The notes beneath the pieces are model-generated. The model saw nothing but the letters and a program-made list of their open reading frames with translations. It was not told the DNA's origin and made no database searches. Of a stretch of 64,000 bases of DNA, positions 49,201-61,879 are shown in pieces. The position numbers and the translations under genes were made by a program. This DNA comes from Strigamia acuminata (Eukaryota), in assembly GCA_949358305.1 (NCBI GenBank), contig OX442314.1, positions 31,000,001-31,064,000 on the forward strand, written 5' to 3'. Every line of letters starts with the position of its first letter. The stretch's first letter is position 1.

Positions 49201-50414
49201 CCCAACAAGGAGATATTCCCGGATGGAACCACTATAAAATTCGAAATCATTTTCTTTCCTTTCGCTTCAATTTCGGCTGAAAACTGTCCACTGGTCTTCA
49301 ATGGCGTCTCGCAACCATACGCAAATAACCTCGTAGTTGGTGGTTTTAATTTAATCCCTTGTTGTTTTAATAAATCCCACGTCTTTTTATCAATTAGGTT
49401 TACATTTGCGCCCGAATCGATTAAAACTTCAACCTCTTTCGTTGCAATTCGTACCGAAACGCAATGTTTCCTTGTCGCGGAATCAATTCCGAACGCGTAT
49501 TCATCTTCTTCATACACGTCAGCGTCACGTTCATTAACCCCGACGTACTGGACACGATCCGCCGTAGCTCGGCCACGTCCCCTATTATGTTTTAACCGAC
49601 ATACCTTCTCAAAATGTCCTTTTTTGTGGCAAAATGAACATTCCTTATCCCGAGCTACCGTACATTCGTTCGCGAAATGTCCCTCACGACCGCATCGAAA
49701 ACACTCCAAAACTCCGCCCGTTTTGTTGCTTCTCCTTTCTTCTTCTCGATTTTGCGTCGTTTTATTCTGCCGAAAATTCCGCCTTGACTTTCCGCCGTTC
49801 CGTCCACGAAAATTCGACTTTCCTCGTGATATTTGACTTATTACGTCTTCTTTAGGCGTTTTTCCATTATTATCCTTTTCCATTGTCGTCGCCTGTCGCT
49901 CGCTAGCTTCTGACGCTCGTGCGAGCTTTAACAACGACTCGAGGGTTAACTTATCCTCACGTAACAGTCGTCGACGCAGGCTTTTATCCTTGCCCTTTTC
50001 GAGCACCTGATCAATAATCATATCATCTTCTAAAGTATCGAACTCACAATTTTTCACGGCGGTCCTCAAACGCGTAACATAGGTGTCCATTACTTCTCCC
50101 GCTTCCTGCGAAAATTGCCTGAAAACGTGCCGCTCAAATCTTAAATTTTTCCTCGGATTGAAGTACGCAGCAAGCGCTGCAGACGCCTCCACGTAATTCT
50201 TCCTTTTATCCTCTGGAAATGTCTCGAAAATCGCTTGCACGTCAATACCTGCCAAATGTAACAATAAAGCAAGTTTCTGTTTATCTTCTATAATATTCGC
50301 CGCCGAGAGATAGTATGTAAATGCGTTTGTCCAGGACTTCCACCTTTGATCCATGTTACCTTCACCAATTTCGAATTTTGCCAATGTGGGCAAATTTAAA
50401 TTCGCCACCGCCAT
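46290..50414 (-). CDS. Gag-Pol polyprotein (1374 aa, single ORF)
   Basis: Two CCHC knuckles, protease LIDSGA, RT (NSLDDII), RNase H (VDASPVGLGA..EKEALA) and integrase (H..H..C..C, VTSDNGPQF..NGTVER). Confidence 0.96.
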   Translation of the reverse strand: MAVANLNLPTLAKFEIGEGNMDQRWKSWTNAFTYYLSAANIIEDKQKLALLLHLAGIDVQAIFETFPEDKRKNYVEASAALAAYFNPRKNLRFERHVFRQFSQEAGEVMDTYVTRLRTAVKNCEFDTLEDDMIIDQVLEKGKDKSLRRRLLREDKLTLESLLKLARASEASERQATTMEKDNNGKTPKEDVISQISRGKSNFRGRNGGKSRRNFRQNKTTQNREEERRSNKTGGVLECFRCGREGHFANECTVARDKECSFCHKKGHFEKVCRLKHNRGRGRATADRVQYVGVNERDADVYEEDEYAFGIDSATRKHCVSVRIATKEVEVLIDSGANVNLIDKKTWDLLKQQGIKLKPPTTRLFAYGCETPLKTSGQFSAEIEAKGKKMISNFIVVPSGNISLLGKITSEQLGFVRFSEESIGAVEDRKTDATFDAIMADLTEEIKRIVEPHGKLFEGIGKLKNFELDLHIDPLVRPVAQSVRRVPFHVRKKVDVELDVLLDQDIIEPVTGPTDWVSPLVPVGKPDGSVRICLDMRAVNKAVRRCRHPLPTMEEILEEIDGAALISKLDCRWGYLQIPLREDSRRYTVFVTHRGLYRYKRLFFGVASAPEDYQRIIQTVLEGCSGVKNSLDDIIVYGKTPKEHNDRLKKVLQVLEDNGLTLNLNKCRFGLTKLNFLGHIISSDGIAVADQKVVAVRSAVPPKNETEVRSFLGLVNYCARFIPDFASLAEPLRQVARKDVVFTWGKQQDVAFKALKDALCAASTLAFFKKDAETRLTVDASPVGLGAVLTQRQSDGLMRPVAYASRTLSSVERRYSQTEKEALAVVWGCEKFRIYLIGLKFELITDHKALEVIYSARSKPSARIERWVLRLQPYEFSIRHKPGTSNIADALSRLLPEDEGKAVVGESEKHVHFVLNSAIPKAMTVDEVEKESRVDDEIEEIKKSLQQTKDFPKVITRFNAVRSELSVVKGILMRGTRIIIPKNLRAKVIQLAHIGHQGIVKTKQRLREKVWWPGIDGDVERAIHSCKACQYGGQTERTEPIRSTPLPKAAWKELGIDICGPFMDGNSIIVAVDYFSRWPEAKILKSTKAEEIVEWLRSIFDSWGIPDVVTSDNGPQFVSDHFGQFMLECGVTHRRVTPYWPQANGTVERLNKSFVKSFRAALVEGRNWKIALGEFLQSYRSTPHRTTGSSPHELMTGRIMKNKLPQLLKNPTSKLIREVRARDAAEKEKSKVYADQTRRAEQSRIRVGDKVLLSKIRKHKLDSAFHNDLMIVKDKKKNCVILETPEGRVIKRNITHVKRFIQHEDEYLDNTHHTEMTSPPEALMIPDGLDETEPRQIVEQNPIPEPTPVIVQPAEPEIPLRRSARDRHPPEFYGR

Positions 50415-50552
50415 TAAAAATGTTCGTTTGCAAAATTCTCACAATATAACAACACTTGATGAATATTTCCTCACTCACAGTTCCCATTCAAGTCCAATTT
50501 CCTTTGGATGGCCCTTATTTTCACTGATATTCGTGGATTCCTTTCACTAAAT

Positions 50553-50565
50553 ATCCTCGTCGCCA
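50553..50565 (-). promoter_or_regulatory. Primer-binding site complementary to tRNA-Ser(GCU) 3' end
   Basis: TGGCGACGAGGAT lies 3 nt inside the 5' LTR and matches ...ATCCTCGTCG-CCA. Confidence 0.8.
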
Positions 50566-51919
50566 ATTTGTAGGATCGAATGACAGTGAGTCCAGCCAGA
50601 TTGAATGCTATAACATAAAGTGACTTTATTTCTAGTGCAAGGTCACCACGTGACCTCACCTGGTCAGGTGTATACACAAACAAGTAGTGCCCTCTAGTGG
50701 CAATACATAAGATCACGACACTCCCTACAACAACTGTCTAGCAGTGAAAGACGCGACTAAACCAAACCCAAACAACATTATGGATGAATTAATTAAAATA
50801 ATATAAATAATAATAATAATTTAAATAAAATCAACTCTTCCTGCTCGTTAACAAAGTTGAATGAATTAGCTTGTGTAATGTTGCAAGTTCATTTGTTTCT
50901 TCTATCATTGATGAAAATTCTTCGCATAAGCTTAAACATTTTTTTTGTGTATGTTGACATACTCTTCATGACACGTGTAAAACTTAAACTTTTCAATCCA
51001 TCTTGGAGGATTTCCAGAACAATAGTAATTTGGTTTTGGCACATTGAAAGTATTACTGGTGACAAGCGGTTCGGTGAAATGATCCACCCATTTTCGCATG
51101 TGTTTATACTTTAATGTGATTATTCTGCTTTGATATAACACTTAAAATAAAAACTATACAGAAAACTTCAGCTCTACATCACTGTATCGAATTGAGTGTC
51201 ATTCATTTCCAACCGAATAAATGCAGTGAAATTAGGTAAATCTTTCCGCTAGCTGAATCGAATATTTAGCAAGAGCCTTCATGCAAGATTGAATGCACAA
51301 AGTATTATTTTTCAACATTGCCGAAATGTCATAGAAATAAGTGGTAGGTAGCGATGGATCGTCGTTGCAAAGCAGTCTTCCGATAACCTCCAAATTTGAC
51401 TGTCCGACATTCAAAGCTGAACGAACAAAATCGTACAACTTCATTAGTTCTTCGTTTTCTATCGCCCATAAAAAGTCATTAAAGTCAATGCAAGAAATCG
51501 TGTTTTTTTCGATGTTCAAAGTCAATCGAGTTAAGGTTGCAAGAACAGTCCATCTTCAAGAATGACGATTAAAAGTAAAAGCAGCTTTTGAGATTGTGAT
51601 ACACTAACATGAGGAATTAACTTTGGTGATATAAACCATCCAATTTCTTATTAGGCCATCTTGGAGGATTTCCAGAACAATAGTGATTAGGTTTTGACAC
51701 ATTGACAGTGTTACTGATGGCAAATGATTCGGTGAAATGATCCACTCATTTTTGCGTGTGTTTAAAATATAACACAGATTCAAAATGTTTTGATAAATAT
51801 CATTGAACTCAAACTCACCACCTTAACTTATTGATTCTCCTTGATATTGAAAATGTTTTTAGTAAATTTTAAACAATTTATTTTTTATTTAGAGGTTGTA
51901 TCTTACCACTGCTAATTTT

Positions 51920-52130
51920 TTTTATCTCAAAGTTGTTTCTTATACATTTCATTATGTGAGCAACATCTTCAAAGGCATATATTTTTTATTTTTGTTAACT
52001 TGGTGTGGGAGAAAATTTTTTGGTCTTTCCAGAAATAGAAAATGCACTCCATGCTTTCTTGTTACTGATAGAACCATCACAAATGAATCCACTGACTTGT
52101 CTCAACATGATGTAATTGTATGATGGCTTG
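51920..52130 (-). pseudogene. P-element transposase fragment (duplicate of part of 61880-62640)
   Basis: VSGFICDGSISNKKAW and ..HIMKCIRN motifs. Confidence 0.7.
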
Positions 52131-52134
52131 TAGT

Positions 52135-52296
52135 AAATTAAAAACTTCCCGTTTTAAATTGAAAACTTTCCGTTTTAAATTGAAAACTTCCCGTTTTAAA
52201 TTGAAAACTTCCCGTTTTAAATTGAAAACTTCCCGTTTTAAATTGAAAACTTCCCGTTTTAAATTGAATACTTCTTGTTTTAAATTGAAAACTTCT
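52135..52296. repeat. 21-bp minisatellite AAATTGAAAACTTCCCGTTTT, ~7-8 copies
   Basis: Visible tandem units that begin where the P-element fragment ends. Confidence 0.92.
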
Positions 52297-52516
52297 CAGT
52301 TTAGAGCGCAGATAAACATGATTAGAATTCAAATGAAATTACAAACGGAATTTCTGCCCGAGTATAGGTCTGGGGTTGCACTATTGAAAACATTCAGTCA
52401 ATCATGTCTTTTCTTGTCGAATGCTATTTTCTTTGAAATTCCTTTCTTCGTTTTCTCTATAATGGAGTTTAAAAGTTAGTTTAATTTAGCTTTTACAGTG
52501 GGGGAGCAGAACTAAG

Positions 52517-52795
52517 TTAACAAACGCGACATGTAATGGGTAATAATGAATAACCCACACATGATAAAAAGGAAATAAGCACTGACAGTAAGTTTTTTTT
52601 AAAATCATGCCTCTGCTTATTGTTTCTATCAAATGAAATAATGCTAGAAAATGTCGAGAGACCAGTCAGAATACCAATAACTGATCCAATATTAGAAATC
52701 AGTTTTCTCAGTGGTACCATTGTAAAGTATGCATTGGTTATGTAACTAGGTATACTCAGATATTTTATATGTTGGGTTTTGCTAAGCCGTAGCAA
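52517..52795 (-). pseudogene. Possible DEG/ENaC-like TM2 fragment
   Basis: LISNIGSVIGILTGLSTFS resembles the L.S.IGG.LGL..G.S signature. Confidence 0.35.
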
Positions 52796-53842
52796 ATCTA
52801 TCTGCAGGCACGTCCCTTTTTAAATTGTAGTTTGATTGTCCTTTTCAGGATGCATGAGCTTCAATTCCAATGTCCAATCTTTCAAGAAATGACCAGTGGC
52901 TGTAGTGTTGTAATAAACCTTTATTTTGGTTTCTATCGGCTGTAGTTGTCACAGTTCAACAAATTACTTATTTTTAAAAAATATGTAAGTACATGGAAAA
53001 GAACTAACACTTGGTGAATAAGCTGCTGGACATGTGACATGCCTGAGTCGGACCTAATGTCTCTAGCTTTTTCTGTCTTTCTTCTAAAGTTTTACCATCT
53101 ACTTCTAAATAAAATTCCATGTTATCAAAAAATAACAACGCCGCCAACTCCGTCTCGAAACTTGCCTCCCGCCATGTGCGACGCTGGAGGCCTGGTGGGA
53201 GTTCCGGGACGTTGATGAGACGAACTCTGTCGTCCTGGTCTGCCGTTTCTCCCGCCCTCCACGCCACCATATCAATAATCTCCTTGTCAATAAGAGGACG
53301 CACTGTGTGGGCTCGCCAGTGGAAGGCCAAGTCAGCTGCGCGTCTGCCTAGCCATCGCCCGACATGCGCACGTCTGTCTGTGTGTTCTATACTAAACAAT
53401 AATTTTTTGTAAAGATTCAATTTAAAAATTTTTTTTTATATTTTTCGTATTCGGGTCTTTACAGATTGTAAAATTTTATTCAACGGAATTTTTAGGGTTA
53501 TACAAATCGATTATATTCATTGACAGGCCTTCAAGTACCCTAACCAGCGGTTCATTAACAAGTACCGGCCGTGGCTCGAACACCGTCCCTATCATGGCTA
53601 TTTTCCTTTTTTCCAGTTCGGGAAAAATATGGAATTCTGTCCTTCGTATGAATGCCTTTATCATTGACTTCCATGATTATACCGGATCATCTTTTTAAGA
53701 GTATAGACGCTAATGTCATTTATTTTGATATTTAAATAAAATCTATTTTAAATAAGTGAATTTTATATAAAAAATATGAAGAATAAAATAAAAAAATTAC
53801 ATATTAATAAAAAAATATAAGCATTTCACTTACAGTACATGT

Positions 53843-54610
53843 TTACCATTTGACTCTACAGTTGGGACATGTTTCGTTCTCACAACCCCAATGCAAAAAA
53901 CACTGGTAGTGGAAGGAGTGTCTGCAGTTTAATTTCATGACAACTTCAGCCTTTTTCATCTTATACTGACAGATGACACAATCTTCAGTGGAATCTACCT
54001 CTAGTGTTTTTGGGTCTAATTCTTGAGGTTGATGTGGAAGTGGAGGTGGTACCTGATGTACTGGCGGCTCATCGTCTGAGATGTAGATAACTTCTTCCGG
54101 CTGCACAAAATGTTGCTGTAGTTGATTTGACAATGCTGTTTCTGCAATCCGGAGTCGCTCTTGCACCATGGCTAAATGGTTTTGAGAGAATTCCAACTCT
54201 CTCTCTCTAATGTTGTTATTTGTGCAGTTGTTGGGTAAGTCGTTCTAGCACATGACCATATACAAACTGGATTTCCCTGTCACTTGGCTGTCGGTGCATC
54301 CATTGGGGTGGTGCAAGTGGTGGCAGGTTCTGTGGTGGTGGTGATGGAGTCCACTGTGCTCTGTTTGCCATGTTTTCTTTTGAGTGGGACTCAGGATTCT
54401 GACGACTTCTTCCACACGATCCAGTGTTTTCTTAGACGTTAAAGTTACCCATTCGGGATTAGAGATCGGTAAAAGTCTCGATCCATCTTCACAGATCTGG
54501 CGAAGGTAGAGATGTCGATCAGAATGATAAGCATCTAGTTGAAAGCTTAGAGTAATTGGTGGTCCATTCAGTCTAAGAGTAGGCGTTCCATCATATACGA
54601 AAAAAGGCAT
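53843..54610 (-). pseudogene. Intronless RING-H2 gene with SIM-like motif and possible PC4-like N-terminus, interrupted by an in-frame TAG at 54245
   Basis: CVIC..C.HSFHYQCF..W...CPNC RING-H2 and EEVIYISDDE. ORFs 54245-54610 and 53843-54196 share one frame. Confidence 0.7.
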
Positions 54611-54795
54611 GTTGCTGGTTCAACACACGAGTCAAGAATGAAACTTTTACAACGATAACAAAAACAGGAAACATAAAACGGATCCGGGCAAGTTTGAACT
54701 TGTTCCAAACACCGGTTTAAGAACAGGAAATAGAAAAAATTATTACAAACAAGTCTGAACTTGTTTCAAATACCATTTTTTGAAATAAAGACATT

Positions 54796-55002
54796 CTAGT
54801 TTTGGACAATGTGCAATTTTTTTTTGATGTATTTGTGCAAGTCACAAATCACGTTAAAATTGTTCCCATCGTAAAAGTCACAAAACTTCGGGCAACCGTA
54901 ATCTTCTAAATTGAGAGAGGGAATTTCACATGCAGTTAATATGTCTTTTTCCACATGGCCACCTTTGCAGGCTATAATTTCACACCAAATTCCACCTAGC
55001 AC
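54796..55002 (-). pseudogene. Fragment resembling a Maverick/Polinton- or adintovirus-associated exonuclease-like protein
   Basis: IACKGGHVEKDIL...IPSLNLEDYGCPKF...C..H motif; family recalled from memory, not searched. Confidence 0.4.
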
Positions 55003-57911
55003 GTTCTGTGTAAGGACTTTAATACATCACACACTTTTGATTGTGGGAAAATCGTGAAAACTGCTTTATTTTGCAACAACGCAACAACACTGAACAATGC
55101 GGCAACGCCAAAAAAACTCTATACCATGCTAACAAAAAAAAAAGAAACGCCAAATACCGCAAATACCGCGCACGTTCCAAAAGATAGCAATAACTACAGT
55201 CAAAAAACATCGTTTTTGGTGTAGTACAGTGCTGAAATTTGTTTTAAAAAAAAATTATGCGTTATTCCGACAATAATGCGTTGCGTTATCACCAAAAAAA
55301 AATAACGTTGGCCTTTATTTTGGCAACGCGCACATACTGTACCTAGTCGCTGCTGCGACGCCATGAATACCGTATTTTTGCAACCATTTCTTTGGACCGA
55401 TTGTAAGGAAATTCGTTGCTTCGACATTTCATTGCTATACAACATTTAGTTTTAATGGAGCAGATACAGGCAGCAAATCTAGATTTTGACAACTACTGCT
55501 ACCATATGATATGATATACCATATGATACTGATACCATAACTACTGATACCGGTACCTATACATTAATTGCAAGGCTGGTGGACATTAACAACATTTCAT
55601 TGCTTCGACGTTTCGTTTCGTTTTAATGGAGCAGACACAGGCAGCATTTCAAAATAAATTTCAAAATAAATTTCAAGCAATGACTCCGATTGCCCAAGGT
55701 ACATTAAGTTATGTTTACAAAATGACATAAAAGGTATACATTACTAAGTTTTTTATGCACAATTTTATAAATTATTTCATTTTAGTAGTTTCCTTTTTTG
55801 AAAAAAATAAAGCGCCGATAGATGTACAGTACAGTAGTGGGACGCAGAAGATCGCCTTACATCATGCTCAATAGTTTTGGAACGCATTGTAAATAATAAC
55901 AAAAATATTAATAACAAACATTAATAAAAGATTTTTTTTAAAAAAAAAGAAAAAGATTTTTCTTTTTTTTTCGTTTTTAGGCGATACTAAGTTCTTCTCT
56001 TTTACACCCAACTGCCAGTGTGCACACACAAGAAAAGAACAAAAACATCGCAGGTAGAAGCCGTAAAGAATCAGCTTATTGCAAACATTAGAAATCAGGC
56101 AAAAGAGGTTAAAGAGATGTCATCTTACTGTGGCAATAATAAAAGCCCCAGAAACTTCAAAACACCCAAATTTCAAAAAACTTTAAAAATTGGTTCATAC
56201 ATTGGCCACTTCCAGTCATTGACACTTTACCAATTGGCAACTTGGCTCCTTCAAAAGTTTTGGAACGCAATGTAAATAATAACAAAATAATAACAAAATA
56301 ATAATAACAAAATACTTCTAAACATTAATAAAAGATTTTTTTTTTACAAAAAAAAAATATTTTACAATTTTATTTGTTTTCACGTTTTTGCATAAATTAC
56401 GAAACCCACATGCTTCTATCGAACGTGTACATCGAACGTGTAAAATGTAATTTAGAGCTAAATTTATCGCCTACAAATGAGGACACGTGGAAAGAGACGT
56501 GTTATTGCAGCGAGTGGGATTGATTCTCTCTTTTTCAATACACAAGTAGAAGATTGTACGGCACATTTTCATTAGGAAATGTCGACCGTGCAGAGCAAAA
56601 AAGTGCATTCCACTCGGATTTCGTTATACCGGCGGTATCCCGATTTCAAGTTTCAACTTTTCTGCCAAAATTGGCTCCATTGATCAAGGGCATTTAAATA
56701 ACTTAACAACGGGAAAATTATGGAGACAATTCTTTACAGTAGTAAGTTGGGAATGTCTAAATATTACAAAAATCGATTATCCATTTGGACTTTGTTTTCA
56801 GACAAGTGCAAACGGTTTTACGTAGGTTCGAATACGGAATGGCGGGTTGCCATTTGTTTCATCTTCTGTATCAGAAGATCGATGTGTTTTGTCATTATTA
56901 TCTTCCATTATTAAACACTATGCATGAGAATGGGACCGGGATAGACCCGTTCTACTTAGGCGCTAGCTTAGGAGGAAAACCAACTCCAACCACACCTCAT
57001 CTCCCAGTTGAAATGTAGGCTGAACCGTACCTATTTTATAGGTTGAAAGGTTTATTTTGTAAAATATAAATAAAAACATAGTTTTGGCGTTCCAAATAAG
57101 CCTACTCCTGTGTGTTGTGCCTGCGCTCTTCCGGTTCAGGATATAACGTCTCGTGCACTCGTTTTTGAAGATTATATATTTTCTGATTGATGTGTCATTT
57201 TTAGTTTAATTTTTTTGTTTTATTTAAACTTTTTTTCTTGCACCCTGTCATGAGTGTTAAAATTAAAAAAAATACATGAACAATAATTTATATCCGAGTG
57301 TAACATTGCTCAATTTTGTAAACGTTTAATTTATATTAAAAAGTTCAAGTTTAATTACAAGATTTCGAAAAAAATTTCAATAATTTGAAATTTTCTAACA
57401 CTCACACAAAAACCGTCCTTTCTTAAAAAAAACATTCGGTCTTATCCTGATTGGCAAGGACCTCTGATGGCCGGTTCATCCACCATGAGCTCGTCGTCTC
57501 AGCAATCCTCCGGGTCGGCAGGGTCCAGTACCAATACCCCGACTCCTCGCTGTATTCCTGCCTCATTCAGGTCCGTCACCGAAACGTATAAGTGGGTTGC
57601 AGCCAGCAGTGGTTCTTCCCACACACGAACCGGATGAACACTCGCCATGTGATTGAATTCGTCCATCTGGATACGAGCAACACACACGTTGTGATCATAT
57701 GGAAAACCCACAATCACAGGGTCTTCCGGCATCATGGCTGGTTCGTCTGCAAACCGTTCGTTGAACGCCGCCAACTCCGTCTCAAAACTTGCCTCCCGCC
57801 ATGCGCGACGCTGGAGACCCGATGGGAGTTCGGGGATGTCGATGAGACGAACTCTGCCGTCCTGGTCCGCGGCATGGTGGCGTGGAGGGCATCTAACAAC
57901 CTGTGCTAAAC

Positions 57912-58423
57912 ATGGAGACAACAGTGATTGAAGGATTACGCAAGAATCCGAAGCTCTACGTTGCTGACGGAGTGATTTATCGGTGTGACAATAAGTACCT
58001 GAACTCGCATTACTTGCGTTGTAATCACGATGATTGCAGCGGACGTGCCATTTCATATATGGACACCATGACGAGCGAGTTGTCACAACCGCATTACCTT
58101 CCGCGCCAAGCCAGATCGCAAATCGGCCTGTTGCGTCTTCGGTTAAACGGAAGGCCGAAGCCGAACCATCTACTGGGCTACGTGAGATCTACGATGACGG
58201 TGTGCTCTTATTTCTTCAATCGCAGTAGCATTCAGACAGATTGCCCCGGCGATGTGTAAGCGGAGAAAACAGAACTTTCCTGTGTTGCCACTCACTTGTC
58301 AAGAACTTGAGGCAGCCTTGCCAACTTTTCCGTACTGCCGAAGGGTCACAGCAAACGTTTTTTTGTGGACGGGTTGTAGCATCTGATGGTGCGGAACTGT
58401 TTATAATTCATGATAATAAATGA
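57912..58423 (+). pseudogene. FLYWCH-like zinc finger / MULE transposase N-terminal remnant
   Basis: KLYVADGVIYR..YLRC...CSGRA..PH, then frameshifted LREIYDD and RRKQNFP segments. Confidence 0.65.
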
Positions 58424-59432
58424 TGAAATCAAAGTATTTGATAGGAATATTGTTGTATTAAATATAAGATTGAAATTATAATATATACTGTATACTCTGT
58501 CTGGCCTTAGAGTACAGACTACACATTAATTACATGCACAGAAATAATATTTTATTACATAATAAAATACACAATCAAAACACAAAATAGTACACACAAT
58601 ATACATCAATTAAAGTGATGGTTTAATCCAAAAAAACCATCTATTCCATTTGCATCTTGGAATTTTCAAAAAAAAAACACGGTGATGGAATTCTTAATTA
58701 TTGACTCTTTTATTTGAGTGTGTTATAATTAATTCAACACAACCTTCCTTTAAACACAATAAACTAAATTCTTCAATTCATCCCGGAAAAACCAAATCCA
58801 CGTTCACCGCGATTTGCATATAAATATATATATTTATATATACAACTGGTAGTGAGCGCATGACAAGGCCTCCAATATTAATATGGGGTATTACAAAGAC
58901 AACTGACATATTTAACTATGCTGACAAAGCTTGGGGAGCATGTCAATCATTTTTTTTATTGTTCTCTTCTATCAAATTGTAAAAATGAAACAAAACAAAA
59001 CAAAAAATCAGACAAATTTAAAAAAAATTTCTTAACAGTTCATCTCTGCTTGACGAATTCGTCGTCGTATTTGAACGTCTGTTAGGTTGCTTACGATTTT
59101 CACTGCAACAAAGTGATCATTCTCATGTTCGCCGCACTTGAGGCATACAAACCACGTACGCCCCGGCGGTATAATATCGCGAATTTGTTTACACCATTCT
59201 AAAATGGTGGAAAAAAAATTGAATTTTTTACCAACTCCATTAAAAAATCAATCACGATCTGATTTTTCCCGATTAAAAATGTAAATCTTTATTTAAAAAA
59301 GCTCAAAATTAATTAATTACAAGATTTTTTTTCTGTTAGTCTTGACAACATCATGACAGTTTTTTGTAAAGATTTAGTTTTAAAAAATTTTTCTATATTT
59401 TTCATATTCGGGTCTTTACAGATTGTAAAATT

Positions 59433-59918
59433 TTATTCAACAGGATTATGTGGGTTATATAAATCAATTATACCCGTTGATAGGCTTTCAAGTACCCGAA
59501 CCAGCGGTTCATTAACAACTACTGGCCGTGGCCCGATCACAGTCCCAAGCATGGTCATTGCCTTGCGTGCTGCCAGTGCGGCATTTCTCTGGTGAATTAT
59601 TACATCGCCTAGCAACATGTCTGCTTCAGTCAATACGAACAAATTTTCTGCGGTGAGTTGGGGATATTCTGGAAGTGGCGGTGGTGGTTCCATGCTGTCC
59701 CCCTGTTCTCCTTGTATTTCAAGAGGGTGGGCTACGGCACGATGTTCTTCGTTATTTCGCCGATATATGTCAACTTGCGATTGAAGGCGTATTCGGTACT
59801 CATCATCTTTATTGCGCCTTACACTATTTTGATCCTCTGACGATACGTGTCGATGTGCCTGTACTGTAGCAACGGGCACATCCTGTCTTGATGGCGGACC
59901 TGGACGATTTGCATCCAA
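59433..59918 (-). pseudogene. Unknown repeated gene remnant (module E: ...PLVRVLESLSTGIIDLYNP), also at ~42200-42590 and ~53476-53600
   Basis: Three diverged copies that conserve the minus-strand peptide. Confidence 0.7.
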
Positions 59919-61879
59919 CTTGTGAAATCAAAGTTTGTAATTCCATCACCATCAGAAACGTTCTTTACTCTTCAAAATACAAAAATGAAGTAAAAACATT
60001 CATTTTTTTGTTTTTTTAAAATTACACCCACACTTCTACTGTAGTGATCCTGGCTGTTAATAATTACAATCACTAAAATTAACAACTCAAAACTGACTAG
60101 TTCGGTTGTGTGGCATTGCGGTTTTTATGGCTCGGTGGAAAAATGGTTTTAAATTAGGCAAACACATGGAAACAGAAATTAGAAAGAACAAAAAGTTTAT
60201 TAACTTCTACTCACTACTATAAATTGAAAAGAAAAAGGTTTCATTTGCCTTTTTGACTAAAGGCTGGTTCACACCAAAAAGTCCCTATAATTCTAACCAA
60301 ATGATATATGCAATAACAAGGCAAAATACCATACTAAACTAAATTGAAATACACAAAGCTAACATTCGATATATCTAGTCATTACAAAGAATAAGAAAAA
60401 TGCAAATGGTGGCAAAAACTTGGTACTCACTATTTCCTTTGTTTGTTTCACACAAAGACACAACATTTCACACTTCTTCACAAAATGTTTAATGTTCAAC
60501 TTTAGATGTGGCTTTCTTGATTTCTAGTGAAATGTCCCTTGTAGTTTCAGGAAGGTCTCTCCTTGGTTCATATTTCTAGTTGGTTTTTAGAAATAGACTG
60601 GAACTGGTCCTGAAGTGGCCTAACTTCTACTGCTTGGTTTGGACTGGCTTGGAGCTGCTCTCTGGGTGAACTGGTCTAGTCAACTTCATACTGCACACTG
60701 TACTCTGCACACTGTGTCTACTACACACTGTACTCTGCACACTTGTGATTTCACTGTCTCTTTCACAAGTGTAGGAATGTGAGTTTCCCACCCTTGCTAA
60801 TCCCGACAGTGTCATCGCCAATGCCATTTCCCATGCACAACAGAGAGTTGATGACTCACTTAGCTCCTCCTCTGCTTAATCTTTTTAACTGATTGGTTCC
60901 TTGCATTCTCAGAATTTGTGAATCATCATTTAGTCACATAACAGGTGTCACAGCAGGTGTCTTGAGTGTTCCATAACGAGGCTGACCAATCAAATTGTAT
61001 TGTTGATGTGTTCCACAGAGATGCATGAGCAGCCATTATTTGCTTGCGACAGTAGCGATGGATCGTCATTGCAAAGCAGTCCTTCGATAACCTCCAAATT
61101 TGACTGTCTAACATTCAAAGCTGAACGAACAAAATCGTACAATTTCATTAGTTCTTCGTTTTCTATCGCTCATAAAAAGTCATTAAAGTCAACGCAAGAA
61201 CTCGTGTTTCTTTCGATGTTCAAAGTCAATCGAGTTAAGGTTGCAAGAACAGTCCATCTTCAAGAATGACGATTAAAAGTAAAAGCAGCTTTTGAGATTG
61301 TGATACACTAACATGAGGAATTAACTTTGGTGATATAAACTATCCAATTTTGCACACTCTTGCAATACGGCACGGCACATCTTCAATATCAGTTTACAAA
61401 TGTCATCATCAATCTCACCTTTCCTCCATCGACATTGGTGTTCCACTGACAATATGCGTGTGTAAATCTGATCCGCTATCCTGGTGATGGACTTCAGATA
61501 TAGCAAAGATTATTTGTTTCTTCTATCATTGATAAAAATTCCTCGCACGGACTTATATATTTTTTTATGTGTTGACATACTCTTCATGACACGTGTAAAA
61601 CTCAAAACTTATTAGGCCATCTTGGAGGATTTCCAGAACAATAGTGATTAGGTTTTGACACATTGACAGTGCTACTGATGGCAAACAGTTCAGTGAAATG
61701 ATCCACCCATTTTCGCATTTGTTTAAAATATAACACAGATATAAAATGTTTTGATAAATATCATGAAGTAAAACTCACCACCATAACTTATTCCTTCTCC
61801 TTGATATTGAAAATATTTTTAGTAAATATTAAACAATTTATTTTTTATTTAGTGGTTGTATCTTACCACTGCTAATTTT

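Larger units (their letters stand above)
45962..50720 (-). mobile_element. Intact Ty3/Gypsy (Mag-like) LTR retrotransposon
   Basis: 152-bp LTRs (45962-46113, 50569-50720) identical by eye, CTCCC target-site duplication, purine tract GAGGAAAAAAGA and PBS TGGCGACGAGGAT. Confidence 0.97.

Noticed and set aside
60380..60490. THAP-domain start of the P element
   Set aside because: Only a short KCCV-like stretch, and it lies downstream of the transposase remnant on that strand.
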